A DNA stretch of 64,000 nt from Phycisphaerae bacterium (lineage in GTDB: Bacteria; Planctomycetota; Phycisphaerae; UBA1845; Fen-1342), in NCBI GenBank assembly GCA_963675745.2, contig CAXXWX010000019.1:224001-288000 (forward strand). Reading direction: 5' to 3'. This document shows, piece by piece, positions 8,783-18,724 of the stretch; position 1 is the stretch's first letter; each line of letters begins with the position of its first letter. A program made the translations under genes and the position numbers. The notes under the pieces are model-generated. The model searched no databases. It was given only the letters and a program-made list of their open reading frames with translations, and had not been told where the DNA came from.

Positions 8783-11517
8783 GCCTTCCTCCCCTTGGCC
8801 GATTCGTAATAGACCCACATCGGCGACGACTTCATGATCAACGCGGTGAAGGCCAGGATGATGACGAACAGAATCCACGCCAACGCCGAGGCATAGCCCA
8901 GGCGGTATTTGAAAAACGCCTCGCGGAACAGGTGCAAACCATAAAACAGCGCCGAGTCGCTGGGGCCGGTCCCGCCGTCGAAGAGCACAAACGCCACGTT
9001 GAACACCTGAAACGAGCCGATGACACCCATGATCAGGTTGAAGAAGATCACCGGCGAGAGCATGGGGATCGTCACGTTTCGCAGACGCTGCCAGCGACTC
9101 GCTCCGTCGATCTCGGCGGCCTCGTAGAGCTGTGTCGGGATGCTCTGCAAGCCGGCCAGGTAGATGATCATGCCACCCCCGACAGCCCACAGCGCCATTA
9201 CCACGAATATGTAGGGCGTCACGTGCTCGTCATCCAGCCAGGCAATCGGATAGCGCGCGCCGATCATGTCCGCCAGCGTCTGAATCCACCCGGGGCGCAA
9301 CCACCACGTCGGATGCAGGTACGTCAACTGCGACCCGTTACTAAGCGCTGCCTGAGCCTGATACACTGCGGACAGCACCCATCCACGATCCGGCGCCACC
9401 ATCCACCACCATACGGCCGCCGCGCCCAGCGACAGTCCAATAGCTGGGAAGACACGCCCGACCGCGCGGCCGCTCCGGTCGGCAGGCCCGCGCTTGAGCA
9501 ATCGAATGGCCAGCACGAGCGTCACGGCACCGACGACGATCGCGAAGAGCTGCGCCGGATTGGCCGGATTCGCCCAGGCGAGCATGCGGTTTACCCAGCC
9601 GTGGTTCTTGTCAAACAGGTGCCACCACAAGACCGCCGCCGCCACCGACGGCAGCACCGCCGGGATGTAGTACAGCGTGCGAAAAACCGCGATCCCCTTG
9701 ACGGCCTGGTTCATCAGGATCGCGACCGCCAGCCCGGCGACCAGCCCGGCCGGCACCGCCAGCAGCGCATAGCGGAGGGTCACCCACAGCGAGGTCCAGA
9801 ATTTCGGGTCGGTTCCGCTCAGCGCGACCTGGTAGTTCTCCACACCGATAAACTCCGCCTGTGTGAAATCCGACAAGGACTGCCACTGGGCGAACGACAG
9901 CGTGATCGACACCAGGATCGGAAACGCCGCGAAGATCAGGAATCCAAGCACCCACGGTGCGATCAACGCATAACCCCAACGCTCCTCGGCGAGCTGTAAT
10001 TTCGAGCGCCCTTTCCGTGGCCGTGAGATCAGGCGGTAGATCAGCACTACGATCGGCACCAAGGCCAGCAGCAGGGCCGCGATACCAAAGGTGTGGGCGC
10101 CGCGCACCGCGCGATCGCGGTGCAGGACGATATTGCCACGCTTGGTGATCCGGGCGGCGGCATCGGCCGGCGTCAGCTCCGTGCGCGGACGCAGCAGCAG
10201 ATCGTGAAATGTGTCGTTGATCACCTCGTAGATGTCGCCGTAATACGCCGTCGTGCTGTAGGGCGCCAGCGCATAGCCGTTGTCGATGTCATGCGTCAAA
10301 ACCCAGCGACTGGCCGGCTTCTGCGTCGGGTCCACCACCCCGCGCTCCCGCAGGATCGACCGGCGGGTGGGCAGAAATACCTGGTGATTGCGCATGATGC
10401 GCATGCCTTCATCGCTGACGAGGAACTTCAGGTATGCCAGCGCCGCCTCCGGAGCCGCCGACCCCGATGTGACGCCCATGCCGTTCGGGAAATTGACCGA
10501 CGCGCGCGTGCCGTCCGGGCCGCGCGGCAAGACGGCGACGTCCCAATCCAGTTCACGGGCCTGATCGTTGAGCGTCGCGGCGTAGAACACACCCCACAAC
10601 ATCATGCCCAGCGTGCCCTTGCTGAAACTGATATTGCGCGCGTTTTCGCCCTCACCGGTCGGCACGACGCCGTCCGTGTACTTGAGGTCATAAAGGAACT
10701 GGAGCGCCTCGATGGTGCGCGGGTCGTCGGCCACGACCCTGTCTCCGGCCTCATTGACCAGGCGCCCGCCATTCTGCCGGATGAAGCACTCCACCCCGTG
10801 CTGCCACCAGGCGAACTGAAATCCGTAGCTGCTGACGCGTGTTTCGTCGAAACCCGCCTGATCGGGGCGCCGGCCCTGCACATCGCGCGTCAGCGCCAGG
10901 GCTTTTTCGCGCAAATCGTCCCAATCCCAGTTCTCCGTCGGGTACGGGACGTTGTAACGATCAAACAGGTCCTTGGAATAATAAATAATGAACGGCGTGT
11001 AGCTTACGGGAATCGCATACAGCTTCTTCTGACCGTCAACCGTCCGCAGAAACGGCTTCGCCATCGCTTCGATGTAGTCAGGCGGCGGCTGGCCGGGCTC
11101 ATCAAACAGAATCGACCCGAACGCTCGGCGCAACACAGGGTCGTCGGCGATAAACGGCACCAGGTCGCGCAAAACGCCGGACTGGATGTAGTAGTCCGCC
11201 GTGTCACAGGGCACTTGCAGCAGATCAGGGGCGCAACCGGCGGCGATCATCGTGTCCGCTTTGCGCGTCACGTTGCTGCGGATTACGTTCAGGTGAATAT
11301 CGGGATGCAGCCGCTCAAACGCCGCCCGCAGTTCCTTCATCTCGGCCCGGTCGCGCTTGTACCCGCCCTTGCAGAAGGTGATGACGGTCTTGTCGGGTGG
11401 AATCTCGGTCGTCCCGCGTGAGAACAGGCCGCAGGCGACGGCGATGACCAGGCACCCGCCGACGAGGGCGGTAATCCATGGATCGCTGTTCGAGATGGTC
11501 TGCCAGATCATCCGCAT
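8779..11517 (-). CDS. Fused extracellular solute-binding protein + carbohydrate ABC permease (MalF-like)
   Basis: N-terminal SBP motifs (FERLHPDI, IYYSKDLFD, WDWDDL, WDVAVLP); C-terminal permease with GLQSIPTQLYEAAEIDGASRWQR and LGYASALAW. Confidence 0.88.
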   Translation of the reverse strand: MRMIWQTISNSDPWITALVGGCLVIAVACGLFSRGTTEIPPDKTVITFCKGGYKRDRAEMKELRAAFERLHPDIHLNVIRSNVTRKADTMIAAGCAPDLLQVPCDTADYYIQSGVLRDLVPFIADDPVLRRAFGSILFDEPGQPPPDYIEAMAKPFLRTVDGQKKLYAIPVSYTPFIIYYSKDLFDRYNVPYPTENWDWDDLREKALALTRDVQGRRPDQAGFDETRVSSYGFQFAWWQHGVECFIRQNGGRLVNEAGDRVVADDPRTIEALQFLYDLKYTDGVVPTGEGENARNISFSKGTLGMMLWGVFYAATLNDQARELDWDVAVLPRGPDGTRASVNFPNGMGVTSGSAAPEAALAYLKFLVSDEGMRIMRNHQVFLPTRRSILRERGVVDPTQKPASRWVLTHDIDNGYALAPYSTTAYYGDIYEVINDTFHDLLLRPRTELTPADAAARITKRGNIVLHRDRAVRGAHTFGIAALLLALVPIVVLIYRLISRPRKGRSKLQLAEERWGYALIAPWVLGFLIFAAFPILVSITLSFAQWQSLSDFTQAEFIGVENYQVALSGTDPKFWTSLWVTLRYALLAVPAGLVAGLAVAILMNQAVKGIAVFRTLYYIPAVLPSVAAAVLWWHLFDKNHGWVNRMLAWANPANPAQLFAIVVGAVTLVLAIRLLKRGPADRSGRAVGRVFPAIGLSLGAAAVWWWMVAPDRGWVLSAVYQAQAALSNGSQLTYLHPTWWLRPGWIQTLADMIGARYPIAWLDDEHVTPYIFVVMALWAVGGGMIIYLAGLQSIPTQLYEAAEIDGASRWQRLRNVTIPMLSPVIFFNLIMGVIGSFQVFNVAFVLFDGGTGPSDSALFYGLHLFREAFFKYRLGYASALAWILFVIILAFTALIMKSSPMWVYYESAKGRKA

Positions 11518-11845
11518 CTGAGCGAAGATACCGTTTCATGTCGCGGCTAGCAAAACATACACGCGATTTCATGGCTACGCCGACGACACGCGCCAAACGC
11601 CCGCCGGCTCTGATAACACACCCGCGGCAAACCCACGAGACCACGCGCCGGCCAATAACCCATGACTTGCCGCGAATCACCAATAGCCGATTTAAGCGTA
11701 TCACGAAACCGCGGCCAACGGCGTTTGCCGGGCCACCCGGTTTTCACTTGGGTAGCGGCCCGTTACAGTGTTTAGCGATACGCGCCGGGTGAACGCGCCA
11801 GGCCGTGGCACGTTCCCGCGCCCTCCCACACAGGAGCACGTCGTT

Positions 11846-14395
11846 ATGCGCGAATTCAGTCCGCTCGCCATATTCCTCGGAATCGTGATCGGCATCGTTT
11901 TCGGTGCCGCCAACGCGTACATCGGGCTGAAAGTCGGCATGACGGTCAGTGCGTCGATCCCCGCCGCCGTCATCTCGATGGGCATCCTGCGGGCCCTGCT
12001 GAAACGCGGCACGATTCTCGAAAACAACATGGTGCAGACGATCGGCTCAGTCGGCGAGAGCCTCGCCGCCGGCATGATCTTCGTTATCCCGGCGCTCTTC
12101 ATCTTCGCCGTCGCCGAGCACAAGCCCGACATGGCCCCGAATTTCTGGGAAATCGCGGTCTGGGGCGGACTGGGTGGCTTGCTTGGTGTCCTGTTCATGG
12201 TGCCCCTCCGCCGCATGCTGATCGTCAAAGAGCACGGCAAGCTGCCGTTCCCCGAGGGCACGGCCTGTGCAGAGGTGCTCGAATCAGGTGATCGCGGCGG
12301 CAAGGCGGCCAAGACCGTGTTCGCCGGGTTGGGTGTCGGCGCCCTGTTTGAGCTGGTTCGCGGACTGGGTTTTTTCAGAGACGTGGCCACACAAAGACTG
12401 CCCCTGCTGCGCACCGCCGCCGGGCTCGACACGTCGCCGGCGCTGCTCGGCGTCGGGTACATCCTGGGAATCCGCGTGGCCGGCTATATGCTCGGTGGAG
12501 CGGTGCTCGGCTGGTTCGTCATCATCCCCGCCATCGCTTTCTTCGGGGCGAGTAACCCCGACGTCATCTTCCCCGCCGCCGACCGCATCGCCGAGATGGC
12601 CCCCGACGACATCTGGGGCAAATACGTTCGTTACATCGGTGCCGGGGCCGTCGTTTTCGGCGGAATCATCTCGCTGCTGCGCAGCCTGGGCACCATTGGC
12701 GGGTCGGTCTTCCATCTGTTCGGCGGGCGCGGCAGCAGCGAACGCACCGACCGCGACATCCCGACCTTCGTGCTCCTGCTGCTTGTCATCGGCCTCGGTG
12801 CGGCGATGTGGTATCTGCCGGGCGTCAAGATCGCGGGGCCAGACGGGCCGGCGACGGTCCCGCTGCTGCACGAGTTATTCAAGCACATTCCGGTGATCGC
12901 CTGCGTGATCGGATTCGGATTCTTCTTCGTAACCGTGTCGTCACGCCTCGTCGGTATCGTCGGCAGCTCTTCCAACCCAGCTTCCGGCATGACTATCGCG
13001 ACCATCCTCGGCACGGCCCTCATCATCGTCGCCCTGTCACAGACGATGGGGCTAGATGCCACCGCCCAGAAAGTCGCCATCATCGCCGTCGGTTCGCTCG
13101 TGTGCATCGCGATCTGCATCGCCGGCGACACCTCACAAGACCTGAAAACCGGCTACCTTGTCAAGGCTACCCCCTGGAAGCAGCAGATCGGCGAGCTGAT
13201 CGGCGTGTTGACTGCGACGGTCGCGCTGGCGGGCGTGATCTGGCTCATTAAGGGTCAATACGGATTCTCGGAGACCGTTGACACGCCCAATCCCGTGCCA
13301 GCTTATCAAGCCAATCTCATGAAGATGGTCGTGCAGGGCGTGGTTGACCAGCAGTTGCCCTGGAACTTCATCTTCATCGGCATGGCCGCCGCCCTGATCG
13401 TCGAGATGCTTGGCCTGCCCGCTCTGCCATTCGCCGTCGGACTCTATCTGCCGCTCAACCTGTCAATGCCAATCATGGCTGGAGGCGTCATTCGCTGGGC
13501 CATCGATCGCATCCATCGCGGCCGCAAGTCGTCGGAAGCGCAAGACCCCGGCATCCTGGCCTCTTCCGGTCTGGTGGCCGGACACGGTGTGATGGGTGTG
13601 GTACTGGTCGGCGTCACGGCGCTGATTGGTTGGTGGTGGGCCGACCCGTACTTCGCCGAGCCCAAGTATTACGAACCCGCCAAGGCCTGGGTCGCGTTCG
13701 ACAAGACCCATGACACTTGGGTCCATCAGGATGGCGACCAGCCGACCGCTTACTTCGATGACGTGACGGAGGATTGGGTTGTCGGTACCCCGCCGGTACC
13801 TGAGACGCAACCGGCCGCGGCAGGCGAAGGCGCGTCACACGCAGTGCGCCCCAAGGGTGAACGCGTCTGGCCCAAGCACCTCATGCCGTGGCTCTCGACG
13901 CGCGTCGGCTTCCTGGACATGGAGTATGGCCTGCGCCAGCTACAATGGGAGCAAGCGCTGCCGGAAGACCCGGCGGAAGCCGCCAAGATCGATCCCGAGA
14001 CCGTCTTCCGCGGCAAGTACGCGATCGACTGGTTCAAGCTGCTGCCGTTGGGGCCGTTTGCGCTCATGGCGTTGTGGCTGTTCATCGTGGCGCTGCGCCG
14101 ACCACCGGAGGTGTCAGTGAGCGTCGCCGGCGCTGCCCCGACGCCCTTGGGGCCGGCCGCACATCCTGACTACACACCCCCGGCAGAACCAGCCGTACCG
14201 TCGGGGTCGCCGCCCGCGGAGCCCGCGCCGCTCGGCGGAAGAGTTGCCCCCGATTCGGGTCATAGCGCCGGAGGACACCAAACCGATCCTGATGGACGAA
14301 CCCGAAGAGCAGCTTCTAAGCGAGTCGCCGCCGCCACGGCCGGCGCCCGATGCGGCAAGGAAATCAATCTTCTCATCCGAACAGACGCCGGATGA
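11846..14395 (+). CDS. OPT family oligopeptide transporter
   Basis: ANAYIGLKVGMTVSASIPAAVIS, ILENNMVQT, LPFPEGTACAEVL, SSNPASGM, SQDLKTGYLV, FAVGLYLP; AGGAG RBS before ATG 11846. The C-terminal tail may be frameshifted (see findings). Confidence 0.92.
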   Translation: MREFSPLAIFLGIVIGIVFGAANAYIGLKVGMTVSASIPAAVISMGILRALLKRGTILENNMVQTIGSVGESLAAGMIFVIPALFIFAVAEHKPDMAPNFWEIAVWGGLGGLLGVLFMVPLRRMLIVKEHGKLPFPEGTACAEVLESGDRGGKAAKTVFAGLGVGALFELVRGLGFFRDVATQRLPLLRTAAGLDTSPALLGVGYILGIRVAGYMLGGAVLGWFVIIPAIAFFGASNPDVIFPAADRIAEMAPDDIWGKYVRYIGAGAVVFGGIISLLRSLGTIGGSVFHLFGGRGSSERTDRDIPTFVLLLLVIGLGAAMWYLPGVKIAGPDGPATVPLLHELFKHIPVIACVIGFGFFFVTVSSRLVGIVGSSSNPASGMTIATILGTALIIVALSQTMGLDATAQKVAIIAVGSLVCIAICIAGDTSQDLKTGYLVKATPWKQQIGELIGVLTATVALAGVIWLIKGQYGFSETVDTPNPVPAYQANLMKMVVQGVVDQQLPWNFIFIGMAAALIVEMLGLPALPFAVGLYLPLNLSMPIMAGGVIRWAIDRIHRGRKSSEAQDPGILASSGLVAGHGVMGVVLVGVTALIGWWWADPYFAEPKYYEPAKAWVAFDKTHDTWVHQDGDQPTAYFDDVTEDWVVGTPPVPETQPAAAGEGASHAVRPKGERVWPKHLMPWLSTRVGFLDMEYGLRQLQWEQALPEDPAEAAKIDPETVFRGKYAIDWFKLLPLGPFALMALWLFIVALRRPPEVSVSVAGAAPTPLGPAAHPDYTPPAEPAVPSGSPPAEPAPLGGRVAPDSGHSAGGHQTDPDGRTRRAASKRVAAATAGARCGKEINLLIRTDAG

Positions 14396-14533
14396 CGAAG
14401 ATAAGCCGGATGAGGGTTGAAACATAGACAGCCCGCCGTGCCGGCTTGAACATGGCGGGGGCGCCACGGCTTGCGGTCGGGCACAGACTGCGCGCGGAGC
14501 ATAGCGTGCCTGATGCCGTGCGAGCGCGTGATC

Positions 14534-16069
14534 CTATGCCTGGTCGGTCACGAAGGGCTCCCAGCGCTCGCGCGGCGGCGGCGCGGTCAGCAGACTGACA
14601 ACCACCAAGAGCGCGATCGATGCCACCATCGCCGGCAAAACCGCGTCCAGGGCCGCGATGCTCGCCGGTATGCGCCCGTATTCCAGCAGTGTGTTCCAGC
14701 CGATCGTGACGCCGATTCCGCTCGCTATCCCGGCCGCGGCCCCCGCTCCAGTCGCCCGCCTCCAGAAGAATGTCGCCATGAGCGCCGGCGTTATCGAAGC
14801 CCCGTACACCGTGTAGGCCCAGAGTGCGACTTCGAAGAATCTGGCACTGAACACCGACACAAAGAACGCGACGCCGCCCAACACCACGACAGCAATCCGC
14901 GAGGCAAAAACCAACCTGTGCTGCGCTGCCTGCGGATTGACAAACCGGTGATACACGTCGCGCACCAGCGAGTTTGAACACACGAGCAGGAATGAATCCG
15001 CCGTCGACACGATAATCGCCACCGCCGCCGCCAGCACGGCCGCCGCCAGTGCCATCGGGAAGTGCCGATAGGCCGCGATGATGATGACGTGTCCAAAGCG
15101 ATCTTCAGCCAGATTCGGTTCAACCGCGCTGGCCACAAGCGCCAGCAGAATGATCGCCACCTCCACTATCGCCACCGCCCCGACCAGCAGCCACGCCGCA
15201 CGCTTCGCCGTGCGCGGGTCGCGGGCGGCGAAGAACCGTTGATACAGATTGGCCTCGCCCATCACCAGCAGCATAGCCGGCAGCATGTAATTGACAGCCC
15301 GAATACCGCCGATCGGGCCGAACAGCTTGAGCTTGTCTGGAGCGTCGGCGAAAGCCGTTTCCATCCCCGCAACCCCACCGACGTTGCCGAACAACAGTGG
15401 CAGGCCGATGGCGATGCCGATCAGTATCACGATACCGTTGATCACGTCGGTGTACGCGACTGAGACGAGGCCGCCGAGCACCGTGTAGCCGATGATGAAC
15501 ACCGCGGCCAACACGCTGCCCCACGATGCGTCTGCCCACGCAGTGTGCGCGCGCAGAAAACCGTCCAGTTCGGCGAAGTGCGCCCCGCACCACTCGGCCA
15601 GGCCCGGGTAGATCGTGTGGATCACAGCCCCGCCGGCGCGATACTGATAGCTGACGATGGTCAGATAGGCCGTGATGATCGCCACCGTGCCGAGGATACG
15701 CGGTACCACGCCAAAACGCCGTTCCAGAATATCCTGCACGGTGAGTTTTTCGAATCGGCGCACGCGTCCGGCCACTGTCGCCAGAATGAATATCCCCACC
15801 ACGCTGCCAATCGGCATCAAGACCATCGCCAGGCCGAGCTGGTACGTCTTTTGCGCGTTACCGATCAGGCTGCCCGTGCCAATCCAGGTTGCCAGCATCG
15901 TGCCGACGAGGATTGGAATGGACAGGCGGCGTCCCGCCACCGCGAAATCTTCCTGCGTCCGAATTCGCCGTGAATGCCAGGCGCCGTACCCGATCAGTGC
16001 CAGCAGGTACGTGAGAATCAACACCGCAATCAAGTGCGGCGAGTTCGCGGCGGATGCGAGCAGTACCAT
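14534..16069 (-). CDS. Sodium:solute symporter family protein
   Basis: EDFAVAGR, ATWIGTGS, GGLVSVAYTD, YQRFFAA, AIIVSTADS; many TM helices. Confidence 0.9.
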   Translation of the reverse strand: MVLLASAANSPHLIAVLILTYLLALIGYGAWHSRRIRTQEDFAVAGRRLSIPILVGTMLATWIGTGSLIGNAQKTYQLGLAMVLMPIGSVVGIFILATVAGRVRRFEKLTVQDILERRFGVVPRILGTVAIITAYLTIVSYQYRAGGAVIHTIYPGLAEWCGAHFAELDGFLRAHTAWADASWGSVLAAVFIIGYTVLGGLVSVAYTDVINGIVILIGIAIGLPLLFGNVGGVAGMETAFADAPDKLKLFGPIGGIRAVNYMLPAMLLVMGEANLYQRFFAARDPRTAKRAAWLLVGAVAIVEVAIILLALVASAVEPNLAEDRFGHVIIIAAYRHFPMALAAAVLAAAVAIIVSTADSFLLVCSNSLVRDVYHRFVNPQAAQHRLVFASRIAVVVLGGVAFFVSVFSARFFEVALWAYTVYGASITPALMATFFWRRATGAGAAAGIASGIGVTIGWNTLLEYGRIPASIAALDAVLPAMVASIALLVVVSLLTAPPPRERWEPFVTDQA

Positions 16070-16229
16070 GGCTGCGGCCTCAAGTGCGTACAAGCAGGAT
16101 TCGATGTGACACTACCGCAGTCTAGCGCCCACCACATACGGATGTCCACCGTGGGGCGCGAGCGTGGCAGCGCGAAGCGCTCCTCCGTTTGCGCGCCGCA
16201 CACCGGAAAATCCTGACCGCTCCAGGGCG

Positions 16230-16258
16230 TTGACAGGCACGCCCCGCGTGGGTATCAC
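16230..16258 (+). promoter_or_regulatory. Putative sigma70 promoter for the small ORF at 16318
   Basis: TTGACA (16230-16235) - 17 nt - TATCAC (16253-16258). Confidence 0.5.
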
Positions 16259-16317
16259 CATGCCGATTAGACGTGATCAATGCACTGGCGCGCACCGCGC
16301 TTCTGGGAGACAGAACG

Positions 16318-16428
16318 ATGGCCAATATGCTGGCTGCATTCTTCGAAACATGGCAGATCATTCTCATCGTCGTGCTGGTCATCATCGTTGTGGTCCTGAT
16401 GATCATCAAGAAGAAACAGCAGGGCTAG
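16318..16428 (+). CDS. 36-aa single-pass small membrane protein
   Basis: MANMLAAFFETWQIILIVVLVIIVVVLMIIKKKQQG*; GGGAG RBS; hydrophobic helix followed by KKK; upstream promoter. Below the ORF-track length cutoff. Confidence 0.75.
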   Translation: MANMLAAFFETWQIILIVVLVIIVVVLMIIKKKQQG

Positions 16429-16490
16429 GGTCGTTTCCGCCTCGGCTGTTTCGTGCGCATGCTTCTGTGGCGACACGCATAGTATTCTGG

Positions 16491-16511
16491 CGGCCCGCGC
16501 CTCGCGGGCCG
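16491..16511. repeat. REP-like palindrome, family 2
   Basis: CGGCCCGCG-CCT-CGCGGGCCG; relatives at 35637, 44073 and 44124. Confidence 0.7.
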
Positions 16512-16543
16512 TCGGCGCTACAGCATCTTCGGAAATGGCTTGA

Positions 16544-16607
16544 TGTGCCACTGCTCTTGAGCAGTGCGGTTTCGATGCCAATCTCACGGCTCACAGAGCC
16601 GCGGCAC
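16544..16607. repeat. REP-like inverted doublet, family 1 (diverged copy)
   Basis: TGTGCCACTGCTCTTGAGCAGTG ... CACGGCTCACAGAGCCGCGGCAC; relatives at 53469 and 58765. Confidence 0.75.
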
Positions 16608-16734
16608 CCTGCTAAGTCACAGGCCTCCACGAAAACCGCGCTAGCCGGCACTTTCGATGCCCGACGCCCGGCGCGTTGCGGCCATTATCCACCACGTCGC
16701 CATAAGCGCGTACGGCCCGGCCGTCGCCCTTGGG

Positions 16735-17829
16735 TTACGTCTCATCCGTCTTCAGACGCGACAGGGCGAACGTCGCGGCGAATCCCGATGCCACCAGTAT
16801 TGCTGCGATTGAGGCGTTGGCGACGGTGTAGTCGCTCTGCTTACGCTGATTCCAGTGATCCAGAACATATTCGGCAAGCACTTCAACCTCATCGTTTCCA
16901 GCGCCGACTTGGACGCCGGAGATTCCCGGAATGCCCCGCGCCTCTGCGAAAGACCGCAGTGCCGGGGGATCCAGCCGTTCCAGAGCCTTTGCGCCCGGCT
17001 TCTGCCCGAACGGCCACAGGCCGATCACCGACCCCAGCAGGATACCCAGCAGCACGCCATGCGTGGCCCGCCGATAGTGGTGCAGCAGGTACTTGAGCAG
17101 GTTGGATAGGCCGACAATCCCGATCACCGCGCCAATGCCGACCGGCACGACAATCCACAGCGCCTCGCGCACGAGTTGCCAGTCGCGCCCGCGCAGCGCG
17201 TCCTTCAGTTCGTCCACCGTGCCCACGATGCGCTCGTACTGATCGAGGATCAGCAACATGTACGACCCGGAGATGCCGGGTAGCACCATGGTCGTTGAGC
17301 CAACCAGCCCGGACACAAAATCCATGCCGGTGTTGTGCGGCAGGCCGCCGCCCGCCATGAAACGCAGCAACACCACGCCGACCATCAGCAGCAGCCCCGC
17401 CAGCGTGGCAATTACCGCGTCAGAGCGCCAGGGCGTCAGCGAGCGCGACAAAAGCGGCGCCCCGCCGAGCGTCAGCCCGATGAACAGCGCGAACATCGCG
17501 ACCGTGAAATGCAGTAACAGATAGAGGATCACACCCGCCAGGCCGACAATCGCACCGGCCGCGCACAGCCCCACGATTCCCAGAAATACTACGCGGCGAA
17601 CCGAAAAACGCAGCGCCGAAATGTCGGCGACGCTGTCGATGAACTCGTCGTAGACCCCCATCGCCAGGATCATGGTGCCGCCTGATACGCCCGGGATCAG
17701 GTTGGCGATCCCCATCAGCACACCGGCAACCGCCGCCCGTGCCGTGCCTAGAATCCCATGCCGGCGTGGCCCTGCCGCCCGCTCGCCATCCGATGCTGCT
17801 GTCGGGGGTGTCTCTGTCTGATCGCTCAT
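16735..17829 (-). CDS. DUF368 family membrane protein (putative undecaprenyl-phosphate translocase)
   Basis: GVLMGIANLIPGVSGGTMILAMGVY and MVLPGISGSYMLLIL signature repeats. Confidence 0.88.
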   Translation of the reverse strand: MSDQTETPPTAASDGERAAGPRRHGILGTARAAVAGVLMGIANLIPGVSGGTMILAMGVYDEFIDSVADISALRFSVRRVVFLGIVGLCAAGAIVGLAGVILYLLLHFTVAMFALFIGLTLGGAPLLSRSLTPWRSDAVIATLAGLLLMVGVVLLRFMAGGGLPHNTGMDFVSGLVGSTTMVLPGISGSYMLLILDQYERIVGTVDELKDALRGRDWQLVREALWIVVPVGIGAVIGIVGLSNLLKYLLHHYRRATHGVLLGILLGSVIGLWPFGQKPGAKALERLDPPALRSFAEARGIPGISGVQVGAGNDEVEVLAEYVLDHWNQRKQSDYTVANASIAAILVASGFAATFALSRLKTDET

Positions 17830-17941
17830 GGCGGCAGACTCTAAGCAAACCGCGCCGTGGTGTCTATGTCGCCGCCGACCCGGTATACTGCCGCCAGTCA
17901 CATCGCACGTTCGTCACAGGTACTGTTGCGGGAGCGAATCG

Positions 17942-18487
17942 TTGTCCGCACCACCACCGACCGATCCAACCTGGCCTCAGTTTGCGCGTTCGGTCATCTC
18001 GAATGCCGTGCGCGAAACCGCCGCGCCGCGCATCCCGCCGCCCGCGGATGCTGGCCGTGCGCACAGCGGCGCGTTTGTCACCCTGCGCAAAGCTGAGCGG
18101 CTGCGCGGGTGCATGGGCACGCTTGACCCGTCAATGACCCTGGTTGAAGCGGTGCGCCACGCCGCGGTCAACGCCGCCCTGCACGATCCGCGCTTCCCTC
18201 CACTGCGGCCCGAGGAGCTTCATGACGTCACTGTCGAAGTGTCCGTCCTCTCCGAGCCGCACGCCATGCAATCACTTGATGATCTTGTGCTGGGTCGTCA
18301 CGGGATCATTGTCGAGGCTGGGCACCGGCGCGGCCTGTTTCTTCCACAGGTTGCCACCGACCACAACCTCGACAAGATCGCGTTTCTGAGCCGATGTTGT
18401 TCCGAGAAGGCCGGACTGGCCGCTGATGCCTGGCGTCAGCCCGATACCTCCGTCCAGATCTTCGAAGCCGAGAAGTTCAGCGAGTGA
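17942..18487 (+). CDS. AMMECR1-domain protein (AmmeMemoRadiSam system protein A)
   Basis: GAFVTL...LRGCMG, AALHDPRFPPL, EVSVLS, GRHGI, GLFLPQVA, KAGL. Start uncertain: TTG 17942 chosen for the GGGAG upstream. Confidence 0.88.
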   Translation: MSAPPPTDPTWPQFARSVISNAVRETAAPRIPPPADAGRAHSGAFVTLRKAERLRGCMGTLDPSMTLVEAVRHAAVNAALHDPRFPPLRPEELHDVTVEVSVLSEPHAMQSLDDLVLGRHGIIVEAGHRRGLFLPQVATDHNLDKIAFLSRCCSEKAGLAADAWRQPDTSVQIFEAEKFSE

Positions 18488-18504
18488 CTGTGTTCGGCGG
18501 CGCT

Positions 18505-18720
18505 TCACTCGGCCGGAGTGCTACGCTGGCCGGCGTCCTCGTGTGCGATCCCCAGAATCAGCGCCACACCCACGCCCAACACCGCCACCACCGTCTCTTC
18601 AGACAGAATCCAGCCGGCTTGCGCCGCGTACGCCACCAGAACCGTTGCCAGTGCTACCTGCACTTTCCGGCTGACGAGCGGCCATAGCCAGCGCCGCCAT
18701 GTCCCTTCGTTATTGCTCAT
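18505..18720 (-). CDS. Small 2-TM holin-like membrane protein (71 aa)
   Basis: MSNNEGTWRRWLWPLVSRKVQVALATVLVAYAAQAGWILSEETVVAVLGVGVALILGIAHEDAG...; the SRK...GxxxED pattern resembles small phage holin-like proteins; GAGGA RBS. Confidence 0.55.
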   Translation of the reverse strand: MSNNEGTWRRWLWPLVSRKVQVALATVLVAYAAQAGWILSEETVVAVLGVGVALILGIAHEDAGQRSTPAE

Positions 18721-18724
18721 GCCG

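Noticed and set aside
17942..18487. Complete AmmeMemoRadiSam system, or membership of the capsid operon
   Set aside because: No Memo or radical SAM gene nearby, and it is convergent with, not part of, the capsid operon.
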